The notes beneath the pieces are model-generated. The model was not told the DNA's origin, did no database searches, and saw nothing but the letters and a program-made list of their open reading frames with translations. A DNA stretch of 64,000 nt from Octopus vulgaris. Taxonomy: Eukaryota. Within the stretch, counting starts at the first letter, position 1. Every line of letters begins with the position of its first letter. A program made the position numbers and the translations under genes. The stretch covers positions 43,090,001 to 43,154,000 of the forward strand of contig OX597814.1 of NCBI GenBank assembly GCA_951406725.2. Reading direction: 5' to 3'. Of this stretch, positions 55,652 to 64,000 are shown in pieces.

Positions 55652-58600
55652 CATGTTTTATTTGTGATCAGATGTATTCGAAAACTAGGTACCTCTAAGT
55701 GTGTATATATATGTATGTATATATTTGTGTGTTCGTGTGCGTGCGTGTAAATATAAGTTTATATATATGTGAGATGTATGTATGCATATATGTACATGTT
55801 TATATGTGTTTGTCAACCACCAGTGCTTCATAACCGATGCTGGTGTGTTAACGTCCCTGTAACGTAGCACTTCGGCAAATGAAGCCTATAGAATAAATAC
55901 TAGACTTATTAATGCTGGTGCGGATTTCTTAGACTAAATGTGGTGTTCGGGTATTGCCACAGCGAAGCCTTCATTGTTTGTAGTATCAATTTTATAGATA
56001 CATATGCGCACGCATACACACATATACACACAAAAACGTATGTGTGTGCGTGTGTCTGTGTGTCACTCTGTATGTGCGTGTAGATACACACAATGTATGT
56101 TAGGGAGAATATGATAATTTATAATTACTATTATCATGAGATAAATGCATCCTTTGAATCTAATATTTTAAATGTTCCATATATATAGAAATATTCCCAT
56201 AAGCTTCAATCATGTATGTGTGTATGCTTGTGCGTGTGTGCGCGCGCACGTGTGTGTACGTGTCCATGTACGTTTATGTATGGATATATATCTGCGCATG
56301 TACGTATATCTATATATATATATATATATGTGTGTGTTTTCATGTACATGTATGTACGTGAATGTGTTTTTGTGAATGTGCGTGCCTAAACTCTTGAACT
56401 CATATCTATATTTTTGCTTTAATATTTATCCCAAGGGCACTTCAATAATTTATCATCGAAACACAGTAACAGGGCCATATTAACTTAAATATTGCTTACG
56501 TATGATTGTGGTGTAATAAAATATAACATTACGAGATGACAGACGTGAATTGAACTAAAGAAAATTGTATCAAGTAAATATTTATCACAACCAAGCACGC
56601 ACCTTTTAGATATGACGTTAGTTTAAAGACGACAGTCGGGATAGGAAGGTCCATTAAGAACTTTGGAGGAGAGGCATTCAACTACGTGATAAATAACAAT
56701 ATCGTGTGACGCAAAGTATGAATGTGGAATACTGTATTTTGAACATTATGATATTGGATTTTTAGGTTCATATATACTATTTTCTGGAAATATGCTGATG
56801 AAAGCTAAAACAAAAATACATATTCCATGGCATTATACTTTGTGTGGAAGTTGTTAACTTGTGTAAATATCTGAGAGTTCATGGTTTCACAAGGTTGTCG
56901 TTTTGAAGATGACGTTGACATGACCGGACAGAAAAATCCAATCAAATAGACAGGCATTAACACACACTACTCTTACTATCACTCGCCAATGTTTACAATT
57001 CATTCACTTCAGTTAGTGATTCCTCACGTGAATCCTCAGCCCACCATAGCATTATGGATATGAGCATGATTTATTAGAGCAGCGCGTTATCTAGCTGAGA
57101 AATGTGGACAATGGTTGTTTGCGGGAAGACTGCTGTTCTATTCGTTTCTTTTCCTATCTATCTTTAACGCCCCTTGATGCTGTATTCCTTGGGTTTCGAA
57201 ATTTTGCAGCTGGAGAAAAGCATCTTCTCCTGCAATTTTGCACGGTTTCTCGCAAGATTCTCAAAGCTTTCTTTCCTATTGCTCAAGTATTACAGATCAT
57301 CCCTTAATTTCATGTTTGCTATTGATACAAAGTTTTCTTAACTTCTAATGACAACCTCACATTATTCAAAAAAATGAAAAACTAATTATTACACACAATT
57401 GACTGGTATTCAGCCCATAATTTTTCCCTGTGAGTAGGTAAAAAACGTACACCCTATTCTCTTCATCAACAAATGACGAGTACCTGCCTTTACAGCCACA
57501 AACTTTTAATTTGGCTCAAAAGAAGTAAAAAGTTATTGATATAAAATGTTTCCGGGAATCCTTATTGACGAAAATTTGAGATTAAAATTGTACATTCAAC
57601 CGGTAGAATCGAAGCTATAGATAAAGATTAGAATATTATGTAGGTTATGTAAGTTTTTTAACAAGAAAAGTATGACAATATTATATTTATCTTTTGTCAA
57701 TCCGTATTTAATATACAGTAACCTAGCTTCGGGTAGTGTCAAATCTATATAAACGCCGTACTTTACAAAATCGTGCGGTCAAGATTAAATGGAAGACTCC
57801 CAGAGGATCCCACTCTCGGCCTTCTATGCTTGAGTATACAATAGTAAATATTTATGAAATATATTTGGCTGCTCACCTGAGACTAATGTTTTATCACACC
57901 TTTACACCAAAATTTATTCAGGAGCACATCATAAAAAATATTCACTAAAACTCGACGAATTATTGCAGGGAAAAATTCAAATATAATAATTATGCCATAG
58001 TAAAATTTAAGAAATTCAGCTATCCCAATCTTAGATTAATTGTCTGGAATCACTTTGTGTGCACTGACGCAACTTTCCCAGAATGAAAATCTGTAAAAGA
58101 AATATATGAAAAAGGTGCTGTTGACTTTACAACAAACCTGTTTGTGGTAAAACCTTACCACTTTTAGTAATATCAAAAACATATTTGAAAATTTATAAAG
58201 AAAAAATGACTTTGCATTAAGTGCTCCTTTAGCAGGCCGTCATGAAAAGGATGACCGTTTTTTAAACTCCAATTCATCTCTAAGGCCTCACCACTTGGAC
58301 AGTGTGTTCTCAATGGTGAACGGCTTTATTTCATTCCTAAGAACTTTATTATTCTCTTTGTAAAATGTATTCCATAACGTGTTTATGCTACTGCTTTTAT
58401 TTAAATTTAAATTTAATTTTACATGGTGCTTTTAAAAAATATTATTTTCTATTAAAGGAAACCTTTTGGGAATGAATTATCCTAAAACACGGATTAAATA
58501 TTTAGCCCCATTCAACAATTATTAACTACTTAGAGCCTACTCCGATCTTACCTTTGTCATCTTACTATATTAAACAATAAAACACGTAAGGACACAACAC

Positions 58601-60007
58601 TAGTATCTCTTCTATCGGTTTGAATGCTTAAACCTCATTTGTGCCTGCTGTTATGGTTTTGTATTGTAATTTGCCAAATATTTTGGCTCAAGGTCATATT
58701 TCAATATACAATACATCATTTTATACAGCATCTCCCAATATTGCTTTTGTTCATCTACATTCCGAATTCAATCCCGAGTTGGCGAATTCTTGCGTAACAG
58801 CACAATAAAACGATGCACAGATCAATAACATCTACGTACTTGTCTTCAAATATTCCATCGCGAAGTGTAGCATGTTCGCAATACATAGACCCCAGTAGTC
58901 ACGCCTCTAAGATTCAATGTTACCTATGTTACCTATTATCATCATCATCATCATCATCGTGATTTAGCGTCCGTTACCCATGCTGGTATGGGTTTACGGT
59001 TTGACTGGGCTGGCACGCTGGAAGACTGCACTAGTCGTGACGTTACATATAGCAATGCATTGGACATCCTACGCACTTCCTTATCTTCCAGATCATTATT
59101 CACAAAATGTTTCCTTTAGTATTTCAACGATCCTATCATAGTTTCTATTACACGTAATCGTGGAGACAATGCTATCATGCCTTTCTTAGGAACATTTTCC
59201 ATATATGTCTGAACAACATGCAAACTATACGCTCCTTGCATGTCATAGACAAAGCATCCTTTTTAACGCCATATGTTTCTTTTGTGAGTGTATAATTACT
59301 GAGACACTTCTAAACATACTTTTTTACAGTGTATCTCTCAGTACAAAATCAACGTCTTAAATCAATAGAACATTGAGCGACTTAAGCCGTTATATATTTC
59401 GTATCATGCAAACACAATTTATACATATCTGAACAATTTTCATTTTGACAATTGATATACACGTTTTACCAATTTCTTTTATGCTTGGTATCAGCAATGT
59501 ATAGAAGGACAATGTGCTATCTAAAGTACATATTATAGCAACAAATTAAGTGGGTCGCTTAAATTATATGTAAAATGTTACCGAAATTGGATTTATATTT
59601 ATCAGCATAACAACTTGTGTAACCTTCAAACACTAACCGTGTATGGTAATAGACATATGAGCAACATTCACATTATGTTTAAATTACTTCGTAGATCATT
59701 CTTCTACGTAAATGTCACAAAATGTATTAAGAACAAATTTCTCAAATTTACATTTCCGAACATGCAAAAATGCTCTTCATATTTGAATATTGTAAGCATT
59801 CAATAAATAAATCATTGCGACGTGAGTGGGATTTATTATCGCGATTGAATGGATGTTCTGTTGAAATATTTTACTTAGAGTTATATCAAACGAAGCTCTT
59901 CAAATTCTGTTTCTAATTTTTAGCATTTACCTCATTTACGACTGACGCCTCTAGTAAAGGTGATCCTATATTCTCTTCTCGTTTGATTTTATTTCTTCAT
60001 TATCGTT

Positions 60008-60038
<31 letters not shown>

Positions 60039-61083
60039 ATAAATTATCCGAAAGAGATATAGATTCAGAAGAACTATCCAAATGTTAGACATCTGAAAAA
60101 TAGAATGTTGACACCTGCAGTGAATATAAACTCTCCTTTACCAACATATATAAATGTAATAAAATCAATACTGACTACAAATAAAAACATGAAAAATTAA
60201 ATGAAAATAAAATCAGAACTAAAATGTATAGAGAAAATACGTCATTATCATACATGACTTCGACAATGTATTTCATATGAAGTGTCACATTTAAAATTTG
60301 TGTATTGAAATTACATATTTAACAACGTAACATGCTGCCGGATGTTGCAAGCAGCTGGAGTTTATATTCAAATGAAGTTCATTGAAATATTTTCAAATGT
60401 TTGTGCATTCAGATAGTAAGATGTTGAAAGAAAGTACATTTAGATACAAAGTAGAATTTCTTTATGCTTAATAAATCTTGTTTTATTTTTTAAATACATT
60501 GGCGACAGTGATGAATATCTGCAGACTCATACAGCGATTCTAAACGTTTAAACGTAGTCACACATTATTTACACACACACAAACACGCGCACACATACAT
60601 TCATACACATACAAAGACACACATACATAAATACATACATATATATATATATATATATGCACACACACAGGCATATATGTGTGTGTGTGTATGTATGTAT
60701 GTATCAAGTCAAATGTGAGCTGACATCATTTCCAAGGTAACATAAGTCCTATTTACTCTTTGGGAACTTCGCAGCACGCTATATGTCAACAAATTTTGAC
60801 ATGAAAAAGCGCGTGCAGCGAAACACCCAGAAGCACCCAATACATCACAGAAGCCAGTGGCAGCATGCATAGGTATAACTTCGCTGTACAAATTATGTAC
60901 ATTCATTCAAATTTACTTATATCGTGAAACACACACTGGTAGAGACATAAACGTTGACATAATAACACATTCTCAGTCACTCCGTTCTCACATACACACA
61001 CAGAAAAGTATATATATCTACCTATCTATCTCTGCCACACACACTCAAACATACCCTCTCTTTTTCTCTCTCTTTCTATATAT

Positions 61084-61143
<60 letters not shown>

Positions 61144-61247
61144 TGGTAAAAACGGTAAGATAACAAAAGAAAGAAAGATACCTCAATATTATGTAAATAG
61201 ATGAAATTTATCTATAAAATAATATATTACAATTACTCAATAGTCAA

Positions 61248-61308
61248 GATAAAACTATGAGTCTCAGATGCCGAAGTGGAAACCCACAACACCATCTCTT
61301 CGGTTATC
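61248..61308 (-). ncRNA. Degenerate hammerhead-like motif
   Basis: Reverse complement GAUAA-CCGAAGA-GAUG..CAUC-UGAGAC-UCAUA-GUU-UUAUC; stems I and II pair but both core boxes are altered. Confidence 0.4.
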
Positions 61309-61804
61309 TGGCCATCTGAATAAACGCTATGAAAAAGTACCGTTATATAAAGAGAAATTACTGTGTTATAATTCTGCTACTTATATAAAATAAGATTAAA
61401 ATTTCATAGTAAAACACTCACATGTTCGCTCGCGAAATCATGTGCGTACATATACGTCACTATGAAAACGTACACATCTTCACTCGCATTTTTCGCCAAA
61501 TATATACGCATATATGTACAAACTCATACACCATGAGTTAAAGGTAACAGAAAAATCATAAGGAAGTATACAAAGCATAAGAACCACGTTCATATACGGA
61601 CATGCCCTTGTGCACTCATATACACACACGCCAATATATGTACATACCCGCACATGTTTATATACGCATACATACACACGCATATACGAAAAATGAATAT
61701 ACATATGCCCACCCCCCAAAAAAACCCCTAAAAAAATGGAAAAATACTAAGTAAAAACGTCTATATATCTATGCATTCTTATGTCCGCACACACACACAC
61801 ACAC

Positions 61805-62357
61805 ATATCAAACTACCCACTCATACATATTCACACACGTGTACAAATAAATCTATATACACGTCTATATAGGCACAGGAAAAACTGCAGGATAGAAAAG
61901 TACAGAAAATTAATATGTGTGAAAAAATAAGAAAAATTTAAAATGTATGAAATAATAAAAGGTATAATGAGATAAAAACTTTTTGGGACATAATGTAGAA
62001 AGCAAGTTCTATCTGTTTTCTTTAGGGGACCAAAAACGTAACAAAAATTTAGTCACATTGGGGCATGATCCGAAAAGTTCTGTCCTTGAGTTCTGACATG
62101 TAGTAGGGTCTAAGCTGCTTTTCCAGATAAGCCATCTCTCCATGTCGCATAGACTGCACTTTCTATATTATGTCCCCAAAATATTTTATCTCATTATACC
62201 TTTTGTTATTTCATAGATTTTTTAAATTTTTTATTTGTTCACACATATTAATTTTCTGTACTTTTCTATCCTGCATTTTTTCCTGTGCCTATATAGACGT
62301 GTATATATATTTATTTGTACACGTGTGTGAATATGTATGAGTGGGCAGTTTATATAT
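61805..62357. repeat. Long inverted repeat (arms about 195 bp, spacer about 155 bp)
   Basis: cccactcatacatattcacacacgtgtacaaataaat..gggacataatgtagaaag (to 62001) versus ctttctatattatgtccc..gtgtgtgaatatgtatgagtggg (from 62159); highly similar. Confidence 0.9.
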
Positions 62358-62367
62358 AGGGAACGAA

Positions 62368-62550
62368 CTTCATTAGCTTACAGATGTTTTCGACTTAAGA
62401 TGCAATGGACTCATAGATGAATGTCTGAGTAACACCATACTCAGATACTACATGTTTGAGACTCTATGGAATAGACAGTTGCTGCTGAGGAACACATCCA
62501 TGATGAGTCCACTGCATTTCAAAGCGAAAACAGCTGCAAGGGAATGAAGG
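62368..62550. repeat. Imperfect hairpin with decayed hammerhead-like arms
   Basis: cttcatt..cttacagatgttttcg..atgcaatggactcat / atgagtccactgcat..cgaaaacagctgcaag..aatgaag. Confidence 0.6.
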
Positions 62551-62687
62551 TCATAACACAAGTGTTTATTCCATTGTCATCTTTTTGTTTTATATTATTA
62601 TTATCGCTCTATATATAACTAACTCTTCAATCAAAAATACACGTATATTGAACTCTACTCCAGGTTATTAATATCGCAATGCCTAAG

Positions 62688-62728
<41 letters not shown>

Positions 62729-62737
62729 CATACATAC

Positions 62738-62812
<75 letters not shown>

Positions 62813-64000
62813 GGGCTAAAAAAACACAAGGTGGATAGTTATATGCTAGAAGAAGATCACATACGATCTAACTACAAAGAAAGAATGTTCCTCAGAGAAA
62901 ATCCAGTGAACACCAGAACATAGGCGAGCATGACAGATGAGAATTACATAAAAATCAAGAATTAATCGTATACCGGTTTCGTCTATATTTCTTGTTAATC
63001 ATCTTAATTTTGCGATTGATGTTTTCATAGGAGATACATCATGATACCGTACGGAATGTATGCATCTAATGCTGTTTATCTTATTGTCATAATAACATAG
63101 GCCCGATATATTTCAAATTGAATATGTATCTTTACAAATTATCACGTTGATTTTGAACTAATTGCGATTTTTTTTTCAGAGAGAAGATTGCCTCTCTTTT
63201 GTCTTTGCCTTTGTGAAGGAATTATTTGGACATAGATCCGTATTTCAAACGATTGACACTCTCCTTCTAGAAGTTAGATATTATTTATATAATCTGCCAT
63301 GACGACTTCCTCCAATGTCTTTCAATTTTCTAAATATTTGAACAACTATAACTTGCACGAGATGAAATATGTTTAAGCAGCAGATGATGAGAGAATTGCA
63401 GCTGCTATGTCGAAAAACGTGTATAAATATTCGAATAAGCACAATATTTAAGAAAAATGTTATTTTTTTATTGCTGACTTAATGCATCAAATATTATACG
63501 CTAGTACGTGTCTTACAAGATCCATTTAGTGATTTTCGGTAAAGAACTAACATCTAATCAAATCTATCTAGCTTGACGCTAAAATATGTTTAAGTATTTA
63601 CTGCATTACCGACTGCATATAATGACAAATCAACAATGGCAATATCTTTGGCAGTACTGGTTAAATGGAGGATCACTTGAACTGTAATATATTGCACGTA
63701 TATATTTATGCTTAGAAGAATCGGTAACTTAATCGTATATTAAATATTAATATTACATAATATATTGTATGCGGTGTTAAGTCACATGTTTTGCACTTTA
63801 ACATTAACATTACAGCTATTTCAAATAATATATAACATTACAAAGGACAATAATCTGCATTTCTAAAAAAGAAAAAGGAAACAATTTCAAATAACATTAA
63901 AATCATGGATAAATTAATGACATTAAATTGATTTTGACAAGAAATTCTTTGAATTATATTGGTAACAAAACAAAACCTAATTTCTAAAATTATTGATAAA

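Noticed and set aside
56600-59300. Possible Helitron Rep/PIF1 traces (HAHI on minus; ILIDE and PVCGK on plus)
   Set aside because: The motifs are very short, lie on inconsistent strands and have no supporting frame; a translated HMM search would be needed

Overview
AT-rich, microsatellite-saturated eukaryotic DNA with no convincing host protein-coding exon. The repeat style (tRNA-headed SINEs, dense (TA)n/(CA)n/(TAA)n tracts, many Penelope-like elements) suggests an intronic or intergenic region of an octopus-like cephalopod genome; this taxon call is inference. Almost all ORFs in the supplied track are microsatellite artefacts. Real content is mobile-element debris: about 8 Penelope-like element (PLE) remnants with RT or GIY-YIG motifs, R4/Dong-like RLE retrotransposons next to (TAA)n tracts (one with an open 434-aa C-terminal ORF, one with a twin-priming-like 5' inversion), CR1/L2-like and RTE LINE fragments, Tc1/mariner remnants and SINEs. 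The most striking signal is a cluster of hammerhead ribozyme motifs read by eye. Three have an intact core and well-formed stems (3970-4057 -, 7280-7367 +, 45595-45680 -), two have an intact core but imperfect stems (48139-48185 -, 52999-53091 -), and several more carry core substitutions. They belong to several sequence-unrelated families, usually have palindromic stem III loops and often long stem II insertions, and recur as outward-facing inverted pairs that bracket PLE coding remnants, a Dong element, or only a short spacer. All folds and alignments were done by eye, and remnant boundaries are approximate.
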